This document shows positions 55,497 through 64,000 of a stretch of 64,000 nt of DNA, piece by piece. Position 1 is the first letter of the stretch. Every line of letters starts with the position of its first letter. This stretch comes from a virus. The stretch lies in IMG/VR virus record IMGVR_UViG_3300043446_005051, positions 25,427 to 89,426 of that record, one strand, 5' to 3'. Both the position numbers and the translations under genes were made by a program. Under the pieces are notes generated by a model. That model was given only the letters and a program-made list of their open reading frames with translations. It was not told the DNA's origin and did not search any database.

Positions 55497-57485
55497 TTAC
55501 GTTATGCCCAGATGTGCTGAAGCGTAAGGCCAACCTGGATTCGATGAGTCAGAAGGAGGTAAATATGCTATGGCATTTGATGATTCTGCTCCGATAGATT
55601 GAGAACCTTGACTACTAGCTTGATCATAAGACGGTGGAGTGCCTATAGATAGTGGAACAATAACTGCTGGAGGGGCGGCAGCTACCTGAAGATTTCCAGG
55701 TTGTGAAGACGCTGCAGCTGCAGCTGCAGTAGATGTACCTGGAGATACTACAGACGCCCGACTTTGAGGTCCTTGAGATCTTACTTGAGATGGTGGCTGT
55801 CCTGATTGAGATTGTACCTGTGGGCCTGTTTGTATTCCAACAGGTCTAGTTGAACTATATGAAGATATATTTTGTCTTGTTCTTGCTTCCCGTAAATTTT
55901 CATTATATCTATTAAGAGCTTCCGACTCACTCCCACCTTGCCCAGCATAAAATCTACCCATTCCTGCCCACTCTTGTCTTAATGTCATAATTTCTCTCAT
56001 TGTTAATGGTTTTGTTGGGTCTACTCCCCTTCTTCTTGCTAGTGCAAGCATCATTTGATTTTGAGTTTCTGGGGAGAAAGTTTGGTCCCAATTAAAAAGT
56101 CCTGAGTCAACTAAACTTTTGAGAGTTTGTGGCATTATCTGGACCGCTCCAGACGCAGTTGAATTATGTCTGTCTTTTGCATATGGTATAATTCCCCCAC
56201 CAAGTCTTTGGGGTAATCTATCTGTCCCTCCAGGTTTTGCAGCATCGTATAACTCTTTTAAAGTCATTTGGGTGAGTTCTGGAACTACCGCTCCTCCATA
56301 TACAGTGTTATAACCAGTATCTTTGGCAGTTCCTTCGGATTCACGAATAGTCGCAATAAGAGCTTGTTCCTCTGGAGTATCTGCAGCAATATCACTAGCA
56401 TTTAGATTTCCACCGGGCGAAGACCCAGAATCTGGAGGAGGTGGAGCACCAGCTGAACCTGGACTTGGAGATGCTGAAGGTTGCTGTTTAGATCTTTCCG
56501 TTACAAATTTAATTAAATCATTAACTGCATTTGAAAATGTATCTATAATTCTTTCCATTCCACTTAAGAATCCTTCTGATACGGATGACTGAGATTCAGC
56601 CCCAGTTACAGTAGATGACCGAAGCTTTTCTTCTTGAAATTGTTCGGCTTTGCTCATTCCACTTAGAGCTTCTGCTCCTACTCCAGCAGCTCCAATACCT
56701 AATCCAGCTGCTGCTCCAAATCCAACAGCTTTACCTAATCCACTTCTTGCAAATTTTCCAATAGAACTTCCACCTTGTTGCTTTAATGCACCTCCAGGTA
56801 CTTTTAAATCCAAACTTAAATCGGGAGCATTACCAGAAGCTGTTGGTAAATTAGATAATTGGCGAACTATCTTTACTATAACTTGACGTACTAATGTTGC
56901 AATATTAAAGGATTCATCAAAAATTCGACGAAGAGTTTTTAATGCAACTCTTATTCGTTTAAAATTCTTTTCATCTCCAAAATAAGTGATGAAATTTACT
57001 GCATTTTTATATAAATCTAAAAATTTCTTTAAAACTGAAAATGGACGAGTATTCTCAATTGACTGTACTTTTTGTTGATAATCTCTTTTGATGTTATCAG
57101 TTAAAGCATCTACACTATTTTTAAATTGAGTCTGAACGGTTCTAATTATATTTTGAGTCTGATTCTTTGTATTATTAATAAATGTAGATAATGTCGTATT
57201 TACATTTTGTGATAGTCTTTGAGCTAAGGTTGAAAAATTATTCGCATTACTTACATTTGTAGTAGAGTTATTAGTTACATTTGTGGAAATTGAACTAATA
57301 ACTCCTGGTGCATTCGAAGAAATTGGTTTTACTGCAGCCCTATCAAAATTTACAATCTTATTCTTTGCGGAATTTAAAACAGAAGAACCTATTGTGCCTT
57401 TTCTACCTAACATAAATGTAGAAAAAGCCTCAGGAGATGCTCCTTTGTTTTTATTAATAACTTCTGGATTAATAAAACTCCGCAT
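55497..57485 (-). CDS. tail-associated protein with lambda-R-like (GH24/104) lysozyme domain
   Basis: ALIATIR.SEGT....YN.VYGG, STASGAVQIM..T, FSPETQ, L..EWA. Confidence 0.85.
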   Translation of the reverse strand: MRSFINPEVINKNKGASPEAFSTFMLGRKGTIGSSVLNSAKNKIVNFDRAAVKPISSNAPGVISSISTNVTNNSTTNVSNANNFSTLAQRLSQNVNTTLSTFINNTKNQTQNIIRTVQTQFKNSVDALTDNIKRDYQQKVQSIENTRPFSVLKKFLDLYKNAVNFITYFGDEKNFKRIRVALKTLRRIFDESFNIATLVRQVIVKIVRQLSNLPTASGNAPDLSLDLKVPGGALKQQGGSSIGKFARSGLGKAVGFGAAAGLGIGAAGVGAEALSGMSKAEQFQEEKLRSSTVTGAESQSSVSEGFLSGMERIIDTFSNAVNDLIKFVTERSKQQPSASPSPGSAGAPPPPDSGSSPGGNLNASDIAADTPEEQALIATIRESEGTAKDTGYNTVYGGAVVPELTQMTLKELYDAAKPGGTDRLPQRLGGGIIPYAKDRHNSTASGAVQIMPQTLKSLVDSGLFNWDQTFSPETQNQMMLALARRRGVDPTKPLTMREIMTLRQEWAGMGRFYAGQGGSESEALNRYNENLREARTRQNISSYSSTRPVGIQTGPQVQSQSGQPPSQVRSQGPQSRASVVSPGTSTAAAAAASSQPGNLQVAAAPPAVIVPLSIGTPPSYDQASSQGSQSIGAESSNAIAYLPPSDSSNPGWPYASAHLGIT

Positions 57486-57516
57486 TATCTCCCTTATACT
57501 TTATATCTTATTTATG

Positions 57517-57684
57517 TTAATTTTGTTGTTTTGATTTTTCTTCTTCAATGTGCTCTGATAGCATAAAGACATATATTTCTCTATCAAAAGGAGTCATATT
57601 TTCGACCATTGGTATTGGCCATTTATGATATTGTTGAAGTGAAAAATTCATTTTATAATAACTCTCAAGAGTCATATATGCCAT
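57517..57684 (-). CDS. gp51: baseplate hub assembly catalyst gp51-like
   Basis: Manually read 55-aa ORF MAYMTLESYYKMNFSLQQYHKW....ENMTPFDREIYV.ML..HIEEE, directly after gp26. Confidence 0.8.
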   Translation of the reverse strand: MAYMTLESYYKMNFSLQQYHKWPIPMVENMTPFDREIYVFMLSEHIEEEKSKQQN

Positions 57685-57686
57685 TG

Positions 57687-58427
57687 CTAGATAAAAAAAC
57701 TAGTTAGCCCTTTTAAGATTACCACATTTTCTTTTCCTGTGTTTGGATTGGTAACGGTTAAAGAATGACTCAAGACTGGCATTGTATCAAAGAACTGTTC
57801 AATTTTTTTAAATTGTTGAGTTGTCAATGAATCTAAAAACTCAAAGAGTTCTTTTTGAGTACAATCACTTGCAGCATAGCTTTCTTCTTCGTTGAAGATT
57901 ACATCCATACACGATGCAATAATTTCAAAGGACTTCTTAATATTTTCAATTGTTTGATTCTCATTATCAATAGAGTCAAAATTGAAAGTAGACTCTACAA
58001 ATTGCTTCAGAGCTGGGTACTTCATTCGAAGTACTAAATTATCACTTAGTTTAATGTCTCTGGAATGTTCTGGATTTTTCTCTACTTTTATTTCATCAAT
58101 AAAAACAGTTACTGGAACTTGAGTTGTTCCATCATCTCCACAAGTTATAATTAAGTCTAAATTTTCACCAGCAGATTTTGCTCGAATATTAAGAAAAATA
58201 TATTCAATATCAAACGATGGTAGTTCATCTACTTTGATTCCTCTTGTTAAAATACAATTTTTTAGAATTTGACGAATTGCATTTATAATTTGAGATTCTT
58301 TTTTAGATTCAACTGCTTCTAATAATACTTTTTCTTCCTTTACTAAAAAAGGTCGAAACTTAATTGGTTTTTCTGTGGAAGGTAAAATCAAATCATATTG
58401 ACTTGTAACAATTTTCGGTAAAGGCAT
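57687..58427 (-). CDS. gp26: baseplate hub subunit gp26
   Basis: MPLPKI...Y.L.LPS....KFRPFLVKEEK.LL, FDIEYIFLNIRAKS.GE, FF.TMP.L. Confidence 0.92.
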   Translation of the reverse strand: MPLPKIVTSQYDLILPSTEKPIKFRPFLVKEEKVLLEAVESKKESQIINAIRQILKNCILTRGIKVDELPSFDIEYIFLNIRAKSAGENLDLIITCGDDGTTQVPVTVFIDEIKVEKNPEHSRDIKLSDNLVLRMKYPALKQFVESTFNFDSIDNENQTIENIKKSFEIIASCMDVIFNEEESYAASDCTQKELFEFLDSLTTQQFKKIEQFFDTMPVLSHSLTVTNPNTGKENVVILKGLTSFFI

Positions 58428-58460
58428 CTTCTATAGATAATTACAAATTTGTATTTTTAT

Positions 58461-59225
58461 TTATAATGATAATATATCGTTGTTATTTCCTACACCACTA
58501 TAACCCATTACATATCTACTATATAAAAATCTTACTGTAGTTTTTGTAATAGTACTTCCTTCATAAGTAACTGGAATCGAATTCACATTTTCTGGATATG
58601 CATCTATAAGTCGATATGATACTGTGGGAGTAGCTCCTGCTTGATTTGTACCCGCCTTAATAAAATTTCTTTCGAATTTTGAGATTGTAATGATTCTTTT
58701 ATATTCTTCTGGGTAACGAAGTCTATAAAAACTTGGACTTTCTAATTGAGTTCCATTTCCACTTGAAGATGCTCTAACTAATCCAGTTCTGAAGTTATAA
58801 AGTGGATTTATAAAATTCATCCATTCTTCAAAGAGCCGAATCACTCTAAACTCGTTATCGACATAAAAAGTAACCTCAAGTGGTGGAAATACTCTATATT
58901 GAGGAAAACTTTCAATTATGCCTTGTCGAGAACCTTGTTCTTGAGTTGAATTAAAGGATAGTCCAGGAATAGAAGCATCAGAGCATAAAAAATCAAAATT
59001 TGATGCGGGATATTCATTATCCGTTAAAATTCCAGTTTGACTTAGATGGTTTAATAATTTATCTGCAGAATTAGTACTTCTAGAAAGATGTAGAGATAAT
59101 TTAAATTGAGAAGTGACTGAGAGTTTTCCCAGTATCTCCATTGCGACAGGCGACGTAGTGTTATCACTGCGGCCATCTCTTGTCATTTTGGCATATAGAT
59201 TGCCTATACCTGGAGCTCCTGCCAT
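58461..59225 (-). CDS. tail-tube-fold baseplate protein (gp54/gp19-like)
   Basis: LC..ASIPG, TFYVD......FEEWM.FI, Y.L..AYP..V.S.P..Y....K.TV.F.Y; start after TATAAATA at 59255-59262. Confidence 0.75.
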   Translation of the reverse strand: MAGAPGIGNLYAKMTRDGRSDNTTSPVAMEILGKLSVTSQFKLSLHLSRSTNSADKLLNHLSQTGILTDNEYPASNFDFLCSDASIPGLSFNSTQEQGSRQGIIESFPQYRVFPPLEVTFYVDNEFRVIRLFEEWMNFINPLYNFRTGLVRASSSGNGTQLESPSFYRLRYPEEYKRIITISKFERNFIKAGTNQAGATPTVSYRLIDAYPENVNSIPVTYEGSTITKTTVRFLYSRYVMGYSGVGNNNDILSL

Positions 59226-59266
59226 TACTTCTAAATAAGATAAATCCTCTTTTATATTTATAACTA

Positions 59267-59725
59267 ATGACAAAAGGTTCTAATTATAATCAAGGAAAGT
59301 TCCGGCCTAAAAATCCAAGTAAATATAAAGGAAATCCTTGTGAAATATATTATCGCTCTTCATATGAACTTAAGTTTATGCAATACTGTGATCTCTCAGA
59401 AAGTGTAATGAGTTATCAGTCTGAAGAATTTTGTATTCCATATATATCTCCTATAGATGGTAAATATCACCGATACTTTCCTGACTTTTTTATTCAATAT
59501 AAAGATAAATTTGGAAATATAAGAAAAGCTGTAATTGAAATTAAACCCGAAAAAGATCTTAAAGAGCCAGACAAGAATCCAAAAAGAAAAACTAAAAGCT
59601 GGGCATATCAAGTTAAAACTTGGGCAGTAAATCAACAAAAATGGAGTGCAGCTCGTAAGTTCTGTGAAGATAAAGGATGGGAATTTAGAATATTTACAGA
59701 AAAAGAATTGTTTGGAACTAAATAA
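59267..59725 (+). CDS. gp4: head completion protein gp4 (TnsA-like nuclease fold)
   Basis: G.F.P.NP.KY.G....I.YRSS.E..FM..CD, IPY.SP.D...HRYFPDF, EIKP, N..KW.AA. Confidence 0.92.
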   Translation: MTKGSNYNQGKFRPKNPSKYKGNPCEIYYRSSYELKFMQYCDLSESVMSYQSEEFCIPYISPIDGKYHRYFPDFFIQYKDKFGNIRKAVIEIKPEKDLKEPDKNPKRKTKSWAYQVKTWAVNQQKWSAARKFCEDKGWEFRIFTEKELFGTK

Positions 59726-59757
59726 TTTAAATCCGCCTTTAACTTATTAGCATCACT

Positions 59758-60276
59758 ATGATATCAGATGATATAAGAAAAAGAGCAGGTAGAGCTGGTT
59801 ATAAAAGTGGAAATTGGTACACTAATTCACTGATGAATGAATTAGAACAATATCAAAAAAGAAATATAAATCAAGCAGATACTTATTTTATTACTCCCGG
59901 TGATTTAATCTTTTTTATGTATTCTGCCAAATATCCTCAGAAGTATAAATTTTGGGACCAACATCCACTGGTTTATGTAATGGAAGTTCATCCATCTAAA
60001 GGTCTTTTTTTCGGTTCTAATTTACATTACTTGAATCCATCGTATAGAGGCATCTATGCAAAGTCGTACCTAAATAAAAAAGGAATGGCAAATGCTCCTC
60101 GTAAAACTTTAAAGAATTACTTATTTGCTAATGTATCAACTAATTTATATAAAATTCCAGAAGATGATTGGGTTGGAGTATCTCTTCTTCCTACTGAAAG
60201 TTTTGTAAATAAAAGAGGAGCTAAAGTACCTAAACACCAAGTATGGGATTATCCAGATACTCTATCATCCCCCTAA
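59758..60276 (+). CDS. gp2: DNA end protector gp2-like
   Basis: PG...F.Y.AK.......D.HPL, G.NLHYL....R, LP.E.F. Confidence 0.75.
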   Translation: MISDDIRKRAGRAGYKSGNWYTNSLMNELEQYQKRNINQADTYFITPGDLIFFMYSAKYPQKYKFWDQHPLVYVMEVHPSKGLFFGSNLHYLNPSYRGIYAKSYLNKKGMANAPRKTLKNYLFANVSTNLYKIPEDDWVGVSLLPTESFVNKRGAKVPKHQVWDYPDTLSSP

Positions 60277-60287
60277 AGTAATCTAAA

Positions 60288-61847
60288 ATGGCAGCACCAA
60301 ATACACCGAGTACTCCAACAGTTCAGGTAGTTAATTCAAAATTCTACGAATCAACTAAAGATGGAGTAAAGACTACATATCAATTATTTTATGATCCTAA
60401 ATCGGGGGATTATTGGGCATCTTCAACTCCTCTAACTGACCCAAAATCAAGAGAAAATGCTATTTTAGTGAATGGGGAATTTACTAAAAAAGCAGTTGAA
60501 GATAGTTTGTTTTTTAAAGATAAAAACCCAAATACACCAGAAGATGTATCGATTTCATTGTCAAGGCAAGCTAGAGACCAAGTTAAAGGGGCTTTTGCTG
60601 CAGTAGGTGGAACTGCTGGAGGAAATCAAGTAAATCCTTCGGTTAATTCTAACCAATTTAAAGCTCAAGGTGCTAACGGTCCAGATATCTTTCAACCTAT
60701 TAGAGATTTTGCTTCTAATCTACCTGGAATAGATGACGTAGCAAATCTGATAAAAAATTTTGGCACCCCAAATATAGCAGATTTTGACAGTGCTAATATG
60801 AGGGATTTATTTAAAGAACCATTATATTACCCACTAGACCTTAAATCTACAAGACAAGATATTCTGGTTATAACTCAATATATGTATAAATCTCCATATA
60901 ATGAATTATTTAAAGGTGAATTAAATAATTCATCTCCTGGGACTATTGTAAATGGAGCTCCAAGACTAAGTGCATTAAGAGACCCAATTCAATCTGTAAC
61001 TCTTCCTATTCCAAATAATGTATCAGATAGTAATGCTACAGGATGGGGAGATGATAAAATGGGAACTACTGCAATGGCGGCAGCTGGAAATATGCCAAAA
61101 GCACTTACGGCGGCAGCTATTAGTCAATTAGCTAAGGCTGGTGGTCAATTTATTCCAGGTCTTAATCTACAAGGAGCTGCACTTAAATACTTAACAGACC
61201 TTATCGGCAAAAATCCAGGCGCTATTTATAATTTGTTAGAACCTAGTTCACTCGTAAATCCTAGTTTAGGTGCTGCGATTCAATCGCTAGTCCTTCAAAA
61301 CATTGGGTTTACGGATGTTACCCCAGAAACAATTTTATCTAGAGGGTATGGAGTAATTACTAACTCTAATGTTGAACTTCTATTTACTGGACCTACTTTA
61401 AGAGGTTTTCAATTTGGATATATAATGTCTCCTAGAAGTCAAGGAGAAGCTACAATGTGTAGAAAAATTCTTCGATTTTTTAAGCAAGGAATGGCACCCA
61501 AAAAAAATAAGGCATCTAGTACTGGATACGGGGGACCTTCTTTTTTCCTTGCAACTCCAAATGTATTTAAATTAGAATATAAATCATATGATTCTAGTGG
61601 AAAGCCTATTAAAATAAAAGGTCTAAACAGATTTAAAATATGTGCATTGACTAATTTACAGACAAGCTATTCTGATGGTCAGTGGGCGGCATATGATGAA
61701 GGTCAACCTGCTCGTATGCAAATGAACTTAGCATTTAAAGAACTTGAGCCAGTTTATGAAAGTGACTATCAAGAGACTAAATCAAGTACTCTACCTGCAA
61801 GATATGATGATTTAGGCCCAGTTTTACCCGACGAAATAGGTTATTAA
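60288..61847 (+). CDS. gp48: baseplate tail-tube cap gp48
   Basis: LPIP..VSD.N..W, N.N.ELLF.GP.LR.F.F...PRS..EA, F.ELEP. Confidence 0.88.
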   Translation: MAAPNTPSTPTVQVVNSKFYESTKDGVKTTYQLFYDPKSGDYWASSTPLTDPKSRENAILVNGEFTKKAVEDSLFFKDKNPNTPEDVSISLSRQARDQVKGAFAAVGGTAGGNQVNPSVNSNQFKAQGANGPDIFQPIRDFASNLPGIDDVANLIKNFGTPNIADFDSANMRDLFKEPLYYPLDLKSTRQDILVITQYMYKSPYNELFKGELNNSSPGTIVNGAPRLSALRDPIQSVTLPIPNNVSDSNATGWGDDKMGTTAMAAAGNMPKALTAAAISQLAKAGGQFIPGLNLQGAALKYLTDLIGKNPGAIYNLLEPSSLVNPSLGAAIQSLVLQNIGFTDVTPETILSRGYGVITNSNVELLFTGPTLRGFQFGYIMSPRSQGEATMCRKILRFFKQGMAPKKNKASSTGYGGPSFFLATPNVFKLEYKSYDSSGKPIKIKGLNRFKICALTNLQTSYSDGQWAAYDEGQPARMQMNLAFKELEPVYESDYQETKSSTLPARYDDLGPVLPDEIGY

Positions 61848-61848
61848 T

Positions 61849-63327
61849 ATGGCATACTTCAACGAACTTCCATTTATTAGATATCAATCTAGATTCGATG
61901 ACGAATCTTCAAATCAAGATTATACTTTAATTCGAAACATCTTTCGAAGAGCTATACTAAGAAGTGAATTATCAGGTGAGGCTTCAGTATTTAATTTTTA
62001 TCAATTAAGGGAAAATGATAGACCCGATAAAATTGCAGATAGAATATATGATGACCCAGAATTAGATTGGGCAATTTTAGTTGCAAATAATATTGTTGAT
62101 TACCATTCAGAGTGGCCTCTATATGGAGATGCATTCTATTCATATTTAATGGATAAATATGGGTCTGAAGAGAAATTAAAAGAGACTCGTTATGTTGAAT
62201 CAAATGAAGTTCGAGACGACTATAATCGATTAGTCTTTCCAAAAGAACTACAAATTCAAACCGATTTATATCAAGAATTTACAACAAGAAGTGGAAAGGA
62301 AAACCCTCTTTATTATGATTTGGATTTTTATCCAGTTCCAAATAAATATTATCCATTAAAAGTTCAAACAAATCTATGGCAATATACTGAAATATGGGAA
62401 AGAGATAACTTAAATGAAAATGATACTTATAGAGGTGAAAAATATGAAGTTTCTCAAATACAGATAAAAAAACCATTAAATCAATCTATAGATGGGTATA
62501 GTCCAAATACAAGACTTGATTATTCCTTCCTTTCAGTATATTCAAGAGATGATACAACAATTGATATATTCTCTCCAAATAGTTTAAATGGTTGGCCTAA
62601 TACCTGGGGAGGTTCTACTCCAGTTTATTATAGAGATGGAAATTCAGATAAAGTAACTTTATACTCCACTGTAGGAAATTCTGTAGATATAACAAATGAC
62701 TTTAGACTCTTTTATATCATCACAAGTTTTGATGAAATTGATAAAGTAACTTTCACTGAAGGTACTGTTCTTTTAGATGAAGCGAGTGAAACATATACCA
62801 TTACTAATCCAACTTCAAATTTAAATGGAATTCAATCTATATTAGAGATTAAGAGAAATCGTAAAGGTGAGGTTATAAAAATAAATGTAGTGAATGGAGG
62901 TAGATACTACACTGAAGGTGAATTATTAACTATTAGTGGTTCACTAATTGGTGGTAGGGATATAATCGATGATATTGTGGTGACTGTTCGTTCTATTCGT
63001 AAAAAGCCTCAGTTTAGATTCTTTACACTTGGCGATACAAATAATGAACCCTTTCCAAATGTTAAAGTATCAACGTTTAATGAAACTGGATTTAGCTATC
63101 TTGATACTTCTTATAATAGAGTTGATGTTTATGATGACCAAAATGAAGTCAATAATTATGATTATGAAGTGAAGATCAATGATGATAATAGTAGAATTGC
63201 AATTATAAAACCTGAATATATTGGTGCGTTTGTTGGGGACTTTAGAAATATTATGAGTTACGGAAACTCTAGTGAAACTGTAAATAAAAAAGTCAAGGTA
63301 GTAAAAGAAATTGATTTAAACAATTAA
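61849..63327 (+). CDS. gp53: baseplate wedge subunit gp53 (extended)
   Basis: MAYF.ELP, NIFRR, RPD.IA..Y.D.ELDW.IL..N.I......WPL, KYG, N.Y.YE...N. Confidence 0.88.
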   Translation: MAYFNELPFIRYQSRFDDESSNQDYTLIRNIFRRAILRSELSGEASVFNFYQLRENDRPDKIADRIYDDPELDWAILVANNIVDYHSEWPLYGDAFYSYLMDKYGSEEKLKETRYVESNEVRDDYNRLVFPKELQIQTDLYQEFTTRSGKENPLYYDLDFYPVPNKYYPLKVQTNLWQYTEIWERDNLNENDTYRGEKYEVSQIQIKKPLNQSIDGYSPNTRLDYSFLSVYSRDDTTIDIFSPNSLNGWPNTWGGSTPVYYRDGNSDKVTLYSTVGNSVDITNDFRLFYIITSFDEIDKVTFTEGTVLLDEASETYTITNPTSNLNGIQSILEIKRNRKGEVIKINVVNGGRYYTEGELLTISGSLIGGRDIIDDIVVTVRSIRKKPQFRFFTLGDTNNEPFPNVKVSTFNETGFSYLDTSYNRVDVYDDQNEVNNYDYEVKINDDNSRIAIIKPEYIGAFVGDFRNIMSYGNSSETVNKKVKVVKEIDLNN

Positions 63328-63361
63328 GGCAGGTTCTTTAGGATTTTTAAAGAACCTGCCT
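63327..63361. terminator. bidirectional terminator between convergent gp53 and gp32
   Basis: AGGCAGGTTCTTTA-ggatttt-TAAAGAACCTGCCT 14-bp stem. Confidence 0.8.
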
Positions 63362-63370
63362 CTAATTTAA

Positions 63371-64000
63371 TTACATTTCTGCAAGTTTAGCAAATCGAGC
63401 GAGATAATCTTCTGTATCATCGTCATCATCATCATTTGAAATGATAGATGATGATACTGTTTTTACATTTGAATACTCGTCTTCGATTTCTTCTTCAAGC
63501 TCTGGATTTACTCGTCGAGCTGAAGACTCATAGACTGAACCATTTACAATATCAAGCCTCTTTTGAAGATCTTCTGCTGATTTGAAAGTGGATGGATTGG
63601 TAAACTCAGTTAAGTCATAAAGTGAATTATAAATTTCTTCGAGTTTACTATCATCTCCATCGAGAAGAGGTTCAGAGTCTAGGAATTCAGAGTCATCATA
63701 ATTCCAGTACTTACCTTTTTTGTTTACGATGATATTAAAATCAGCGCCGTCATAAAGGTCAAATACTTCAACACGCTTCTTCCGCTTTGAAGTAGGCTTC
63801 ATTGCCTGTTTAATCTTATCTAGAATTTTAACCCCATACTTATAGATTTTTACCTTTCCATTGTTTTCTGGATTTACAGGGTCATCAATAATATAGATGT
63901 TTGAATAATAATTTAGTTTTCTCTTACGACCTGGGCTATCATCGTCACCTCGAACGATAGATTCCTTTCCTTCCGCCCAAAGTCTCCTGTTTTCATCACA
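63371..64000 (-). CDS. gp32: single-stranded DNA-binding protein gp32 (5' part outside window)
   Basis: Frame open to 64000: RKRKLNYYSNIYIIDDP.NPEN.GKV..YKYG.KI.DKI...M, GA.F, NYD.SEF, acidic tail ending F.KLAE. Confidence 0.92.
   Translation of the reverse strand, partial: CDENRRLWAEGKESIVRGDDDSPGRKRKLNYYSNIYIIDDPVNPENNGKVKIYKYGVKILDKIKQAMKPTSKRKKRVEVFDLYDGADFNIIVNKKGKYWNYDDSEFLDSEPLLDGDDSKLEEIYNSLYDLTEFTNPSTFKSAEDLQKRLDIVNGSVYESSARRVNPELEEEIEDEYSNVKTVSSSIISNDDDDDDTEDYLARFAKLAEM

Noticed and set aside
26948-58037. Numerous + strand ORFs of 60-166 aa within the tail module
   Set aside because: Antisense shadows of long minus-strand structural genes
1-64000. Stop-codon reassignment
   Set aside because: Long genes translate intact in the standard code, all three stops are used, and no suppressor tRNA was seen

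Overview
AT-rich 64-kb fragment of a T4-like myovirus, most likely a (freshwater) cyanophage. Positions 1-25.5 kb form an accessory/early region, all on the minus strand. It holds many small ORFs, about 17 copies of a palindromic promoter-upstream motif, 10 tRNA genes, an HNH and an I-Ssp6803I-like PD-(D/E)XK nuclease, an SF2 helicase, a Dam-type methylase, a metallophosphoesterase, Dps, a GNAT and an RlpA-like protein. Positions 25.6-63.3 kb form a late tail-fibre/baseplate module (large fibre proteins, an RCC1-repeat/sulfotransferase cassette, gp5, peptidoglycan hydrolases, gp51, gp26, gp4, gp2, gp48, gp53), followed by a truncated gp32. Most notable: (1) a complete phage-encoded ubiquitin-like conjugation cassette, Ubl-JAB-E2-E1 (8.5-11.8 kb), under early-type promoters; (2) a ~630-nt highly structured non-coding RNA candidate inside the tRNA array; (3) a duplicated ~125-bp promoter + C-GAA-G hairpin element with compensatory changes; (4) proteins, including a GNAT, carrying T4-type capsid-targeting N-termini. 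All calls come from motif recognition by eye; no searches were run.
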